From positions 1-55,778 of the forward strand of contig JAURDB010000001.1 in NCBI GenBank assembly GCA_030828175.1: a stretch of 55,778 nt of DNA. Direction: 5' to 3'. Positions within the stretch are counted from its first letter, which is position 1, and every line of letters begins with the position of its first letter. The stretch is from Flavobacteriales bacterium. GTDB taxonomy: Bacteria > Bacteroidota > Bacteroidia > Flavobacteriales_D > Sanyastnellaceae. The translations under genes were made by a program, and so were the position numbers. The notes beneath the pieces are model-generated. The model was given only the letters and a program-made list of their open reading frames with translations. It was not told the origin of the DNA and searched no databases. Positions 42,255 to 52,361 of this stretch are shown here, one piece after another.

Positions 42255-44387
42255 ATGGAACCGAACATTGTAACCAAGACCATCGATTTAGGCGATGGTC
42301 GTCCCGTGACGATTGAGACCGGGAAACTCGCCAAGCAGGCCCACGGTAGCGTGGTCGTGCGCCAAGGCGACACCATGCTGCTGGCTGCCGCAGTCAGCAA
42401 CCACGACGCCTCGGAAGGGGTGGATTTTCTCCCCCTCACGGTAGACTACCGTGAAAAATATGCTTCTACCGGACGATTCCCGGGTGGATTCTTCAAGCGC
42501 GAGGCGCGCCCAAGCGACACGGAAGTGCTCGTCATGCGACTGGTGGACCGGGCCCTGCGTCCGACTTTCCCAGAGGATTACCACGCCGAGACGCAGGTCA
42601 TGATCCAGCTCATGTCCGCCGACAAGGTGAACATGCCCGACAGCTTGGCCGGACTGGCTGCATCTGCAGCGCTCGCCGTGAGCGACATCCCGTTTGACGG
42701 TCCCATTTCCGAAGTGCGCGTGGCACGCATCGACGGCAAGTTTGTCATCAATCCTACCTACGAACAGTTGGAGCAAGCCGACATCGACATGATGATCGCC
42801 GGCTCGATGGACAGCATCGTCATGGTGGAGGGAGAGATGCACGAAGTATCCGAGGAGGAGATGGTAAGCGCCATCGAGGCCGCCCATGCCGCCATCAAGG
42901 TTCAGTGCCAGGCACAGCTCGACATGGCGGCTGAAGTGCCCGGCTCCTCGCCCAAGCGGGATTACGAGCACGAAAAGCACGACGATGCCCTGAAGCAAGC
43001 CATTCACGACGCTTGCTACCAGAAGTACTACGATGCGGCAAAGAACGCCGGCTCCAAGAAGGAGCGGGGCGAAACTTTCAAGTCGATCAAGGAGGACTTC
43101 CTCGCCAACATGAGCGACGAGGACAAGGCCGCCAAGCAGTATATGCTCCGCGATTACTTCAAGGGGACGCAAAAGAAGGCCATCCGTGACCTGCTCCTCA
43201 ACGAAGGCATCCGCCTGGATGGACGTGGCACGAAGGACATCCGCCCCATCTGGTGCGAGGTGGACTACCTCCCCGGGCCGCATGGCTCCGCCATTTTCAC
43301 CCGCGGTGAAACACAGAGCCTCACCACCTTGACCCTGGGCACAAAGGACGATGAGCAGCTCATCGACAACGCCTTGGTGCGCAAGACCGAGAAGTTCCTG
43401 CTCCATTACAACTTCCCACCGTTCTCAACGGGAGAGGCCCGTCCCATCCGCGGCACGAGCCGCCGGGAAATTGGTCACGGAAACCTCGCCCTGCGCGCGC
43501 TGAAGCCCATGCTTCCTCCGGTGGACGACTGTCCTTACACCATCCGCCTCGTCAGTGAGATTTTGGAATCCAATGGATCCAGCTCCATGGCCACGGTATG
43601 TGCCGGCACGCTCGCCCTTATGGACGGTGGCGTGCCCATCAAGCGGCCGGTAAGCGGCATCGCCATGGGCTTGATCACGGACACGGAGTCCGGCAAATAT
43701 GCCGTCTTGAGCGACATCCTCGGTGACGAGGATCACCTCGGCGACATGGACTTCAAGGTGACCGGCACCACGGAAGGCATCACAGCCTGCCAGATGGACA
43801 TCAAGATCAAGGGCCTGTCCTTTGAGCAGTTGACCGAAGCTTTGCTTCAAGCCAAGGAAGGGCGCGCCCACATTCTCGGCGAGATGATGAAGACCATGGA
43901 TCAGCCCCGGGAGGACTACAAGGACCATGCACCCCGCATCGTTTCCTTCGAGGTTCCCGCTGAAGCCATTGGTCCGATCATCGGCCCAGGAGGAAAGATC
44001 ATCAACGAAATCCAGGACACCACTGGCGCCAACGTCAGCATCGAGGATGCGGACGGAAAGGGCCTGGTGGAGGTCTCAGGAGACAACAAGGAGAAGATCG
44101 ACGCAGCCGTTGCGCGCATCCGGGCCATCGCCTTCCCGCCGACTGTGGAAGTAGGAGAGGTCTATGAGGGAGCCGTCAAGACCGTCATGCCCTATGGTGC
44201 TTTCGTAGAAATCATCCCTGGACAAGACGGGCTGTTGCACATCTCCGAGCTCGAGCATCACCGCGTGACCGAGGTCACGGACGTCATCAAAGAAGGAGAC
44301 ATCGTCAAATTCAAGGTGACCGGCCGCGATCCCCGCTCAGGCAAACTCAAGCTGAGTAGGAAAGTGCTTCTTCCCAAGCCCGAGTGA
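42255..44387 (+). CDS. pnp: Polyribonucleotide nucleotidyltransferase (PNPase)
   Basis: The ORF is 42063..44387. The start is at 42255 ([32 protein letters not shown]). It has two RNase PH domains, a KH domain ([15 protein letters not shown]) and an S1 domain ([18 protein letters not shown]). It follows rpsO in the conserved gene order. Confidence 0.95.
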   Translation: MEPNIVTKTIDLGDGRPVTIETGKLAKQAHGSVVVRQGDTMLLAAAVSNHDASEGVDFLPLTVDYREKYASTGRFPGGFFKREARPSDTEVLVMRLVDRALRPTFPEDYHAETQVMIQLMSADKVNMPDSLAGLAASAALAVSDIPFDGPISEVRVARIDGKFVINPTYEQLEQADIDMMIAGSMDSIVMVEGEMHEVSEEEMVSAIEAAHAAIKVQCQAQLDMAAEVPGSSPKRDYEHEKHDDALKQAIHDACYQKYYDAAKNAGSKKERGETFKSIKEDFLANMSDEDKAAKQYMLRDYFKGTQKKAIRDLLLNEGIRLDGRGTKDIRPIWCEVDYLPGPHGSAIFTRGETQSLTTLTLGTKDDEQLIDNALVRKTEKFLLHYNFPPFSTGEARPIRGTSRREIGHGNLALRALKPMLPPVDDCPYTIRLVSEILESNGSSSMATVCAGTLALMDGGVPIKRPVSGIAMGLITDTESGKYAVLSDILGDEDHLGDMDFKVTGTTEGITACQMDIKIKGLSFEQLTEALLQAKEGRAHILGEMMKTMDQPREDYKDHAPRIVSFEVPAEAIGPIIGPGGKIINEIQDTTGANVSIEDADGKGLVEVSGDNKEKIDAAVARIRAIAFPPTVEVGEVYEGAVKTVMPYGAFVEIIPGQDGLLHISELEHHRVTEVTDVIKEGDIVKFKVTGRDPRSGKLKLSRKVLLPKPE

Positions 44388-44463
44388 AACGATAATCGAG
44401 AAAATACGTTTGAAGGGGAGGTAAGGGGTAACTTCCCTCCCCTGAAAACCGATTGCACCGCCC

Positions 44464-45333
44464 ATGAGACAGCTGAAAATCACGAAACAGGTCACCAACA
44501 GGGAGACCGCATCATTGGACAAATACCTCCAGGAGATCGGTCGCGTTGACCTGATCACTGCAGAAGAGGAGGTAGAATTGGCCCGGCGCATCAAGCAAGG
44601 GGACCAAGCGGCCTTGGAAAAGATGACCAAAGCCAACCTGCGTTTCGTGGTTTCCGTTTCCAAGCAATACCAGAACCAAGGCCTGTCCTTGCCCGACTTG
44701 ATCAACGAGGGAAACTTGGGGCTCATCAAAGCCGCGCAGCGATTTGACGAAACCCGGGGATTCAAGTTCATTTCATACGCGGTCTGGTGGATCCGCCAAA
44801 GCATCCTGCAGGCCTTGGCCGAGCAAAGCAGGATCGTGCGCCTGCCCCTGAACAAGATCGGTTCGATCAACAAGATCAACAAGGCTTTTGCCCGCCTTGA
44901 ACAGGAGTTCGAACGTCCTCCCACGCCGGCGGAACTTGCTGAGGTGCTGGACATGACCCTCGACGAGGTGAAGCAAAGCTTGAAGAACGCAGGCCGTCAC
45001 GTTTCCATGGACGCCCCACTCAAGGATGGGGACGACAGCTCCAGTACGATGTACGACGTACTGCAGACAAACGACACACCTTCTCCGGACACCGTTCTCA
45101 TTACGGAATCCCTCCGAAAGGAAATTGAGCGGTCCTTGCAAACGCTGACCAGCCGTGAAGCCGATGTCATCCGCCTCTACTTCGGATTGGGGGGAGAGCA
45201 CCCGTTGACGCTGGAAGAAATTGGAGAGCGCTTTGACCTCACCCGTGAGCGGGTGCGTCAGATCAAGGAAAAAGCCATTCGCCGCCTCAAGCACACGAGC
45301 CGGAGCCGAATCCTCAAGTCTTACTTGGGCTGA
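44464..45333 (+). CDS. rpoD: Primary RNA polymerase sigma-70 factor (short Bacteroidota type)
   Basis: 289 aa. Region 2 is [37 protein letters not shown], and region 4 is [27 protein letters not shown]. Confidence 0.92.
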   Translation: MRQLKITKQVTNRETASLDKYLQEIGRVDLITAEEEVELARRIKQGDQAALEKMTKANLRFVVSVSKQYQNQGLSLPDLINEGNLGLIKAAQRFDETRGFKFISYAVWWIRQSILQALAEQSRIVRLPLNKIGSINKINKAFARLEQEFERPPTPAELAEVLDMTLDEVKQSLKNAGRHVSMDAPLKDGDDSSSTMYDVLQTNDTPSPDTVLITESLRKEIERSLQTLTSREADVIRLYFGLGGEHPLTLEEIGERFDLTRERVRQIKEKAIRRLKHTSRSRILKSYLG

Positions 45334-45971
45334 TTCGACAGCGCATTCCAAAGAAAACGGCATGCAGCCGTGCGAAACGGGCCCCAGACGAGGGCCCGTT
45401 TTTCATAAACGGACTTTGCAGCGTCCTTCGGTATTCCCAAGAACTTTTCCATCGATCGGCGAATGCCCAAATCGTCGGGTGCAAACACGTCGGGACGATT
45501 CAAGGCGAACATCAGGTGCATTTGAACCGTCCACCTGCCCAGCCCTTTGACACGGGTCCAGGATGCAATGATTTCTTCATCGGACCAATCCGAGACGAGA
45601 TCAAAAGAGCCGGGATTGTCCAGGTAATGCAGGGCCAGGTCGGTGAGGTAACCATGCTTCTGACGACTGATCCCAACGGAACGGTGATCCTCCTCATGGG
45701 CAGCCAATACAGCTCCAGCATCCAGCCCATCTCCATGCAGGGCGCAGAAGCGCGTCCAAATCGTGGCAGCCGCTTGGGTACTGAGCTGTTGACCCACTAT
45801 GGCACGCGCCAAACTAAGAAAGGCAGAATCACCGCCGGCGATATCGGGATCCGGTAGACTGCGTATCACCTCATGGAAAGCAGGGTCCACGTTGTGGATG
45901 TGGGCGCGGGCCGCTTCCCAAGACCACAACATCGGCGAAGCTCCCTTCGTTTGTCCATCACGTAAGTCCAC
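45321..45971 (-). CDS. HhH-GPD superfamily DNA-3-methyladenine glycosylase II (AlkA-like)
   Basis: 216 aa. It has a helix-hairpin-helix/GPD-like segment ([35 protein letters not shown]). The 3' end overlaps rpoD by 13 nt in convergent orientation. Confidence 0.78.
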   Translation of the reverse strand: MDLRDGQTKGASPMLWSWEAARAHIHNVDPAFHEVIRSLPDPDIAGGDSAFLSLARAIVGQQLSTQAAATIWTRFCALHGDGLDAGAVLAAHEEDHRSVGISRQKHGYLTDLALHYLDNPGSFDLVSDWSDEEIIASWTRVKGLGRWTVQMHLMFALNRPDVFAPDDLGIRRSMEKFLGIPKDAAKSVYEKRALVWGPFRTAACRFLWNALSNQPK

Positions 45972-46013
45972 GGCGACAATGTAACATCTGCCGCCTCACC
46001 TTAGTTTCGCGTC

Positions 46014-47543
46014 ATGCCATCCGCCCATCGTCCCGTCAGGAAACACACCCTGTTGCATGGGTTGACCCCTTGGCTCTTGTTTATCTCAGTCGGGCTTTTC
46101 TGGGCTTCATTGAGTGGGTGCCGGGGGGATCGCTTTTACCTCGGAGCGGACGCCAGGGTCAACTTCAGCCAGGACACCGTTCTTTTCGACACGGTCTTCA
46201 CCACCATTGGCAGCGCAAGTCAAGCATTCAGGATTGTGAATGACAGTCCAGGAAGGATTCTGTTGGAGGACATTTCATTGGTGGATGGCAGTTCGAGTGA
46301 ATTCCGAATCAACGTGGACGGCATACCGGGCCCCAGCGTGGGCAACCTTGCGTTGGAGGAGGGGGATTCCATTTACGTTTTCGTGGAAGTCACCATTGAT
46401 CCCGGGACGGCCAACCTTCCCTTCATCATCGAAGACCAAGTCAGGGTCATTGTCAATGGCTTCAGCCAGTTGGTCACCTTGCATGCATGGGGACAGAATG
46501 CAGTATTCCATGGGCAACCCGGAGGTTTGACGACCCTTGATTGCGACGATATCTGGACGGCGGAGCGGCCCCATGTGATATACGGCGTGGTAGGCGTGGC
46601 GCAGGATTGCAACCTGACGATCGAGGCGGGCAGCGCCGTGCATGTGCATGCGGGAGGCGGGATCTACGTGGACAGGGGAACCTTGACAGTCAACGGAGAA
46701 CAAGACCAGCAGGTCGTGTTTGAGGGAGACCGACTGGAGCCGGAATATGCCGACATCCCCGGGCAATGGGGCATACAGGTTGACACCCTCATCCAAACCG
46801 AGGTAGGTGTCGCCCAAGCCAGCATTCTGGGGGGAGGAATCTGGATTTACGGATCGCCAGGCAGCACGCTTCGCCACACCATCATCCGCAACGGCACAAT
46901 CGGGATCCAAGTCGACACGACGGGCACCGCAGGAGCTTCCCTGACCATGGAGAATTGCATCGTGCACAACATGTCGGCCATCGGCCTGCTGGCCCAAGGA
47001 GCCAACATCGATGGCACCAACAATTTGTTCTATGACTGTGCCCAAGCCTGCGCGGCGTACACGCTGGGTGGTCGCTATCGGTTCACGCACAGCACCTTTG
47101 CCAACTACTGGTCCGAAGGCACGCGCGGCACGCCTTGCGTGCTCATCAACGACCACTACGAGGACGCAAACGGCAACCTTCAAATCCGCCCGCTGACAGA
47201 AACCCGATTCCTGAACTGCATCATGTGGGGAAACAATGCGGAACTGGATGAATTCGATGAATTGGTCATCGACCTTGAAGGCGATGACAACGATCTCTTC
47301 ATCCGCGGAAGCGCCGTGGATATGGATGCCACAGGGCCTTCGGAATGGGTGGAGGAAAGCTCCATCGATGCTGCCCCACCCTTTGCCGATGTCTTCAATC
47401 GGGACTTCCATATCCTCAGCGGAAACAACCTTTGGAACGGAATCGGAGTGCCAACCGGTTTGCCCTTGCTCTCCACTGACCTCGATGGATTGCCACGCGT
47501 GGTGGGCAGCGCACCCGACAAGGGATGTTACGAGCGTCAATGA
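46014..47543 (+). CDS. Lipoprotein with right-handed parallel beta-helix repeats
   Basis: 509 aa. It has a lipobox (LSGC). An Ig-like N-terminal segment is followed by repetitive beta-helix rungs (NCIVHNMSAIGLLAQGANIDGTNNLFYDC...). No catalytic assignment is possible from the sequence. Confidence 0.65.
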   Translation: MPSAHRPVRKHTLLHGLTPWLLFISVGLFWASLSGCRGDRFYLGADARVNFSQDTVLFDTVFTTIGSASQAFRIVNDSPGRILLEDISLVDGSSSEFRINVDGIPGPSVGNLALEEGDSIYVFVEVTIDPGTANLPFIIEDQVRVIVNGFSQLVTLHAWGQNAVFHGQPGGLTTLDCDDIWTAERPHVIYGVVGVAQDCNLTIEAGSAVHVHAGGGIYVDRGTLTVNGEQDQQVVFEGDRLEPEYADIPGQWGIQVDTLIQTEVGVAQASILGGGIWIYGSPGSTLRHTIIRNGTIGIQVDTTGTAGASLTMENCIVHNMSAIGLLAQGANIDGTNNLFYDCAQACAAYTLGGRYRFTHSTFANYWSEGTRGTPCVLINDHYEDANGNLQIRPLTETRFLNCIMWGNNAELDEFDELVIDLEGDDNDLFIRGSAVDMDATGPSEWVEESSIDAAPPFADVFNRDFHILSGNNLWNGIGVPTGLPLLSTDLDGLPRVVGSAPDKGCYERQ

Positions 47544-47579
47544 GCGTGCGCTAAATCCAATAGAAGTTCTTCCCGGGTC

Positions 47580-50500
47580 ATGAGTCGGCACATCCTCGAT
47601 GCGCTGATGCGCTTGTTTGCACTGATTTCCCTGCGGGAGGAAGGCCTCGAGAAGGGAAGGGAGGTGGTCGCTCATTTCTTGAGGAGTCGCCTGTCACGGG
47701 ATTCTGTCACAGAATGGCTCGCGGTCTTCGAGAGATATCTCGTCGAACTTGGGGGAGCCGTAGAGACCAGGGAGGCAAAGGGCCTCAAACGAACCGCTTT
47801 GAGATCCACCAAGGTCCTGAGGGCGTGCAGCGACATCAACCGGGACCTTCAAGCCAGTGAAAAGGCGTTGGTCTTCTTGCGGATGTTGGAATTCGAGCAC
47901 GCCCTGCTCAAGGAAGGGGCGGAACCCGACGCGCTCAGCAGGGAGTTGTCCAATCTGGTGGCAGAGGTCTTCGGGATCCGAGAAGGGGAGAAGCGCTGCT
48001 ATGAAACCCTTGTGTTCGATACGGCCCAATGGCCCGTGATGACACAGCGCTACCACGAGGCCTTTCTGATTGGAGATCAACCGCAGCTCGGAGGTGTCGT
48101 CAAACCGGGCTGGACTACATCCTTGGCTTGTTTTCGACATCCAGAATCCCAGGTGGTTTTCATTCGGCCCATGGGGACGGGCGCCGTGCATCTGAACGGG
48201 GAGTTGCTCGACCTGCAGCGCACCCAGCCCTTTACTCCGGGTTCCACTTTGCGTCATTCGGGTGCCGCGCCCCTGCATTTCGTGGACATCCAGCGTTCCT
48301 TCATGGAAGAAGAGAACATTCCGGACCTGTCTCTCGAAATTCAAGAGGTCAGCCACTGGTTCCAATATCCAGAGGAACAGGCCCTTCATCCCTTCAGGGC
48401 CCAAGCGCAGTCTGGCATGTTGGTCGGCGTGATGGGCGCGAGTGGTTCGGGAAAATCAACGTTGCTCAATCTTCTGGCCGGCATCGAGAAGCCCACATTT
48501 GGCGCCATCACCATCGACGGAATCAACGTCACGGAGGACCAGGCACGCTCTTGGATCGGTCTGGTGCCTCAGGAAGACCATCTGTTGCCAGAATTGACCG
48601 TTCGGGAGAATCTCTATTACGCGGCCCGACTGGCCTTTTCCGAGGACAGCGAAGCAGACACGGAACAACGCGTGCAGGATTGCCTCGTGCAATTGGGACT
48701 CTGGGATGCAAAAGACCTGGCGGTCGGTGATGCCTTGAACAAGACCATCAGCGGAGGACAGCGCAAGCGGCTGAACATCGCCATGGAGTTGATTCGCGAC
48801 CCCCGTGTCCTTCTCGTGGATGAGCCCACCAGTGGACTGAGCAGCAAGGATTCCGAACTGCTGATGGATTTGTTGAAGCAGATGACCCACAGCGGAACCT
48901 TGGTCATTGCGGTCATCCACCAGCCGAGTGGCGACATTTTCAGGAGTTTTGACGCCTTGTGGGTGCTTGATCACGGAGGATACCCCGTCTTCACCGGTCG
49001 GCCTTTGGATGCCCTTGTCCACTTCCGCAGCATCGTGAATCACTTCGACGCGGAACAAGTCGCCTGTGCCCAATGCGGGCACGTCAATCCGGAGCAGATA
49101 TTCGACATCATCGATGTTCCCGTGCTCGATGGCAGGGGCAAGCCGACAGGGCAGCGGCGCATCAGCCCCAAAGAGTGGAATGATTTCTACAACGTATTGC
49201 TCGTCCCAAGCATGGAAGCTGAGATGCTCCGTACCTCAGACCCTTCCTCCGCGGAGCTGCCGACCGGGCATCAACCACCATCTTGGCGCAGTCAATGGGG
49301 CATCCAAACCAAACGCGACATTGCCCGCAAGTGGAAGAACCGCCAATATCTGCTGATCAACCTCCTTGAGGCGCCCCTGTTGGCTTTGCTCTTGGCCTTC
49401 ATCCTTCGGGCCTCAGAGAAGGGAGGCGAATACTCCTTCGGCGATGCGGCCAACATCCCGCATTTTCTTTTCATTGCTGTGATTGTGGCCATTTTCATGG
49501 GGTTGACGGTCAGCGCTGAGGAGTTGTTTCGAGACAAGCTGATGCGGAAACGGGAACACCACCTCAGACTCGACTGGGGTGCCTATCTGTCGGCCAAGTG
49601 CAGCGTTCTCTTCGGAATATCGGCCCTGCAAACCCTTCTGTTTGCTGCACTCTCCCATCCCTTGCTGCATCTGCCTGGAAAGTTCGGAGCCTACTGGTTT
49701 ACCCTCTTCACCGTTGCGGCATGTGCCAATTTGTTCGGCCTGATCATCTCGTTGCTCTTCAACAGCGTTCGGGTCATTTACCTGGCCATTCCATTGTTCA
49801 TCATTCCCCAACTGATGCTCGGGGGCGCCATTGTCACTTATGACAACATGCATCCTGCCTTGGCCAAGGCCTCTGGAGCTTCTCCTGCTGGCCAGCTCAT
49901 GATCAGCCGATGGGGTTTCGAAGCACTGACCACGCTGTACGCGGCAGAATCAAAATATGAAGCTGCCCTCTTCTCAGAACATCAGTCCCTGGCCGCCGCT
50001 TCCTATCGGCGAGACCGTTGGGCCCCAGAAATGCAACGTCGGCTCAACGCGGCTCAAGCCGGCGATGTGGACGCATTGGCCGTGGTTGCCCATGAGTGGA
50101 ACGCATTCTACAAAATGGGGGAACTCAAGGTCAACGTAGCGTTTGAGGACGGCTTGGATGAAGTCGAATACGCGGCATTGAGCCAAGAACTCGAACAGTA
50201 CAGAGACCGGATGCGCCAAGCGTGGCGCGCTGCTCGGCAAGCCCTGGATGAACAGATGAAAGCACAAGGATGGGACGATCCGAAAGTCGTGACCCGGATA
50301 AAATCAGACCAACACAACCAGAATCTGATGGATTGGACCACACAGGACAATGTGCTCAATCAAGGAATTACGCGTTCCGGCAACGCCCTCATCAATACCC
50401 GTGACGCACTCTATGCGGAAGCACAAGGTCCGGGCTTGGGCGCTTTCCATGCTGCCCAATCCAAGTGGGGTGGATGGATCATACCCAAGAGGTGGAGCAA

Positions 50501-50594
50501 TTGGGGGGTCATGTGGCTGGCCACGTTGTTGCTGATGGCCGGATTGATCTGGAGTCCCTCTATCAAGCCTCGGGGTCGACTTCCACAAACTTGA
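47580..50594 (+). CDS. ABCG-type (ABC-2) transporter, fused ATPase + permease with ~270-aa N-terminal extension
   Basis: 1004 aa. It carries Walker A GASGSGKST, the signature ISGGQRKRLNIA, and Walker B LLVDEPTSGL. Six C-terminal TM segments are interrupted by a long extracytoplasmic or cytoplasmic insert. Confidence 0.85.
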   Translation: MSRHILDALMRLFALISLREEGLEKGREVVAHFLRSRLSRDSVTEWLAVFERYLVELGGAVETREAKGLKRTALRSTKVLRACSDINRDLQASEKALVFLRMLEFEHALLKEGAEPDALSRELSNLVAEVFGIREGEKRCYETLVFDTAQWPVMTQRYHEAFLIGDQPQLGGVVKPGWTTSLACFRHPESQVVFIRPMGTGAVHLNGELLDLQRTQPFTPGSTLRHSGAAPLHFVDIQRSFMEEENIPDLSLEIQEVSHWFQYPEEQALHPFRAQAQSGMLVGVMGASGSGKSTLLNLLAGIEKPTFGAITIDGINVTEDQARSWIGLVPQEDHLLPELTVRENLYYAARLAFSEDSEADTEQRVQDCLVQLGLWDAKDLAVGDALNKTISGGQRKRLNIAMELIRDPRVLLVDEPTSGLSSKDSELLMDLLKQMTHSGTLVIAVIHQPSGDIFRSFDALWVLDHGGYPVFTGRPLDALVHFRSIVNHFDAEQVACAQCGHVNPEQIFDIIDVPVLDGRGKPTGQRRISPKEWNDFYNVLLVPSMEAEMLRTSDPSSAELPTGHQPPSWRSQWGIQTKRDIARKWKNRQYLLINLLEAPLLALLLAFILRASEKGGEYSFGDAANIPHFLFIAVIVAIFMGLTVSAEELFRDKLMRKREHHLRLDWGAYLSAKCSVLFGISALQTLLFAALSHPLLHLPGKFGAYWFTLFTVAACANLFGLIISLLFNSVRVIYLAIPLFIIPQLMLGGAIVTYDNMHPALAKASGASPAGQLMISRWGFEALTTLYAAESKYEAALFSEHQSLAAASYRRDRWAPEMQRRLNAAQAGDVDALAVVAHEWNAFYKMGELKVNVAFEDGLDEVEYAALSQELEQYRDRMRQAWRAARQALDEQMKAQGWDDPKVVTRIKSDQHNQNLMDWTTQDNVLNQGITRSGNALINTRDALYAEAQGPGLGAFHAAQSKWGGWIIPKRWSNWGVMWLATLLLMAGLIWSPSIKPRGRLPQT

Positions 50595-50931
50595 AAGGAA
50601 CGCCCACAATGTGGTCGTAATCCTCACCGGCCTCCAACATGTCTTCGTCGTCGGCATCGAAGTACCAGAGGACTTCCAGCGCTTCACTCACCTCAAGCCG
50701 CTTGAAAAGATCCAACAGGCATTTGCTGCTGCTCGTGTTGAAATACTCCAACTGCACCTGAACGGTGAGTTTGAAGTCCTTCGTGATTTGCTGGGCCCAG
50801 TCCAGAACCGGCCGATAGAAATCGACTGCATTTTCTGGAATGGACCGACCGGATAAAACCAGCGACTGGTCTTCCGGTGAAAATTTAATCTCAGGTGTCT
50901 TGACTGAACCGGCGATGTGAAGAGGACCCAT
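50563..50931 (-). CDS. SiaC-like (DUF1987) regulatory phosphoprotein
   Basis: 122 aa. MGPLHIAGSVKTPEIKFSPEDQSLVLSGRSIPENAVDFYRPVLDW matches the DUF1987 N-terminal pattern (t.TP.v.f....g.l.i.G.S.PEn...FY.Pvl.W) as I recall it. Confidence 0.72.
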   Translation of the reverse strand: MGPLHIAGSVKTPEIKFSPEDQSLVLSGRSIPENAVDFYRPVLDWAQQITKDFKLTVQVQLEYFNTSSSKCLLDLFKRLEVSEALEVLWYFDADDEDMLEAGEDYDHIVGVPFKFVEVDPEA

Positions 50932-50944
50932 GGTTCGAAAATAA

Positions 50945-51514
50945 TCAACGAGACGAACGAACCTCTACCGAAAAATACAAGTTGGCCTGTCCATGGCTGT
51001 CAACAATCCGTATTCGAGGGGGACGAATGGAAAGTCTGGCGAGTGAGACCCAGCCCAAACCCGCGCCTCCTCGGAGGGTCCGTCCCTTGTTGTCCAGCCA
51101 ATTTCTGTACAGACTGCGCCAGTCCATGACATCGTTTTCCAGCGCATCACATGCCCAGGATTGGAGTTGGGCATACTGGGCCACCCACTGTTCCACCTGA
51201 ATTTGATCTCCTTGACGAATGGGGTTCAAACTTCGAATCCTGAATCGAGGCTCTCCTTCGACGGGCCTGCCCGAGAGCACAAAACGAGCTGGAAGATCGC
51301 GTGGGGCATGGCGCTCCAGGTTCTGAATGCACTCTATGATCGCACGAAACACCCTTCGGTCTCCAGCGCGTTGCACGACCAGTGGCTCAATCCGCTTCAA
51401 CAATGCATCCACATTCTCCTCTGTAGGAAGGTCATCGAACTGGACCAACCTGCACCACGGGGCGCCAGTGGCGCGATCGAAGCGCTTCTTGGGTGCGACA
51501 GGACGGGACATCAA
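50945..51514 (-). CDS. SiaB-like (GHKL/anti-sigma-kinase-fold) protein kinase
   Basis: 189 aa. It has ECIQNLERH (N-box-like) and RGGAGLGWVSLARLS (G-box-like). It lies immediately upstream of the DUF1987 gene, which is the conserved SiaB-SiaC order. Confidence 0.62.
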   Translation of the reverse strand: MMSRPVAPKKRFDRATGAPWCRLVQFDDLPTEENVDALLKRIEPLVVQRAGDRRVFRAIIECIQNLERHAPRDLPARFVLSGRPVEGEPRFRIRSLNPIRQGDQIQVEQWVAQYAQLQSWACDALENDVMDWRSLYRNWLDNKGRTLRGGAGLGWVSLARLSIRPPRIRIVDSHGQANLYFSVEVRSSR

Positions 51515-51593
51515 AGTGAGAATGCGAAATCACTCTTCATACGGGACCCATGCCAATGAGGTTGCCGGAAAACCCGAATTATCTTCGGTCGCC

Positions 51594-52361
51594 ATGAAAA
51601 CCCCTGCCCCAACTCCTGCTTGGTACGAAGCGTGGTTCGACAGCCCACATTACCACGAGTTGTATGGCCACAGAAGCGAAGCAGAGGCCCGAGACTTCAT
51701 GTCGAACCTCCATGAGAAGTGGGATTGGAAGGAACTGCATTTGCTGGACCTGGCTTGCGGAAAGGGGCGGCATGCGCGCGCTGCTGCTGATTTGGGCCAT
51801 CGGGTGGTAGGGTTGGACCTGAGCCGGAACAGCATCCAATCCGCACGCGCCGCTCACGCACAGGTTGCCCACCTTTCTTTCGTGGAAGGGGACATGAGGA
51901 CCTTTGAATTGGACGAGAAATTTGACGGGGTTCTCAATCTGTTTACGAGTTTCGGGTATTTCGATGACCCCGCTGACCACGCGGCCGTGCTGAACCGAAT
52001 CGCCGCCCACCTCAAACCCGGTGGGTTTCTCATCCTGGATTTTTTGGAGACCCATTTCGCGAAGCGACACTTGTCTCCATCCGATACGCTGGTGCGTTCC
52101 GGTGTGGAATACCACATATCGAGAGAGCTAAAGGCCGGGGAAAATGGGAAATGGGACACCTTCATCAAGCACATCCGCCATCAAGAGGACGGGCAGTGGC
52201 AGGAACATGTGGAGCGCGTGGCCGCATTGACCCACGCCCACCTGTCTGACATGCTCACAAACTCCGGTTTTGAAATCGAGGAGCGTTTCGGCACCTACCG
52301 CCTCGACCCTTGGGTGGAAGGGGAGACACCCCGCATCATTCTACACGCAACCAAAGCATGA
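51594..52361 (+). CDS. Class I SAM-dependent methyltransferase
   Basis: The ORF is 51327..52361. The start is at 51594 (MKTPAPTPAWYEAWF). Motif I is LLDLACGKGRHA and the post-I motif is VVGLDLS. Confidence 0.8.
   Translation: MKTPAPTPAWYEAWFDSPHYHELYGHRSEAEARDFMSNLHEKWDWKELHLLDLACGKGRHARAAADLGHRVVGLDLSRNSIQSARAAHAQVAHLSFVEGDMRTFELDEKFDGVLNLFTSFGYFDDPADHAAVLNRIAAHLKPGGFLILDFLETHFAKRHLSPSDTLVRSGVEYHISRELKAGENGKWDTFIKHIRHQEDGQWQEHVERVAALTHAHLSDMLTNSGFEIEERFGTYRLDPWVEGETPRIILHATKA

Noticed and set aside
42288-43406. A 372-aa ORF on the minus strand
   Set aside because: It is antisense to pnp, whose identity is unambiguous (RNase PH, KH and S1 domains). It has no motifs of its own.
46275-47675. 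A 466-aa ORF on the minus strand
   Set aside because: It is entirely antisense to the beta-helix lipoprotein gene (46014..47543). Its translation is low-complexity and Arg/Gly/His-rich, with no recognisable motif. Long stop-free antisense frames are expected in GC-rich coding DNA.
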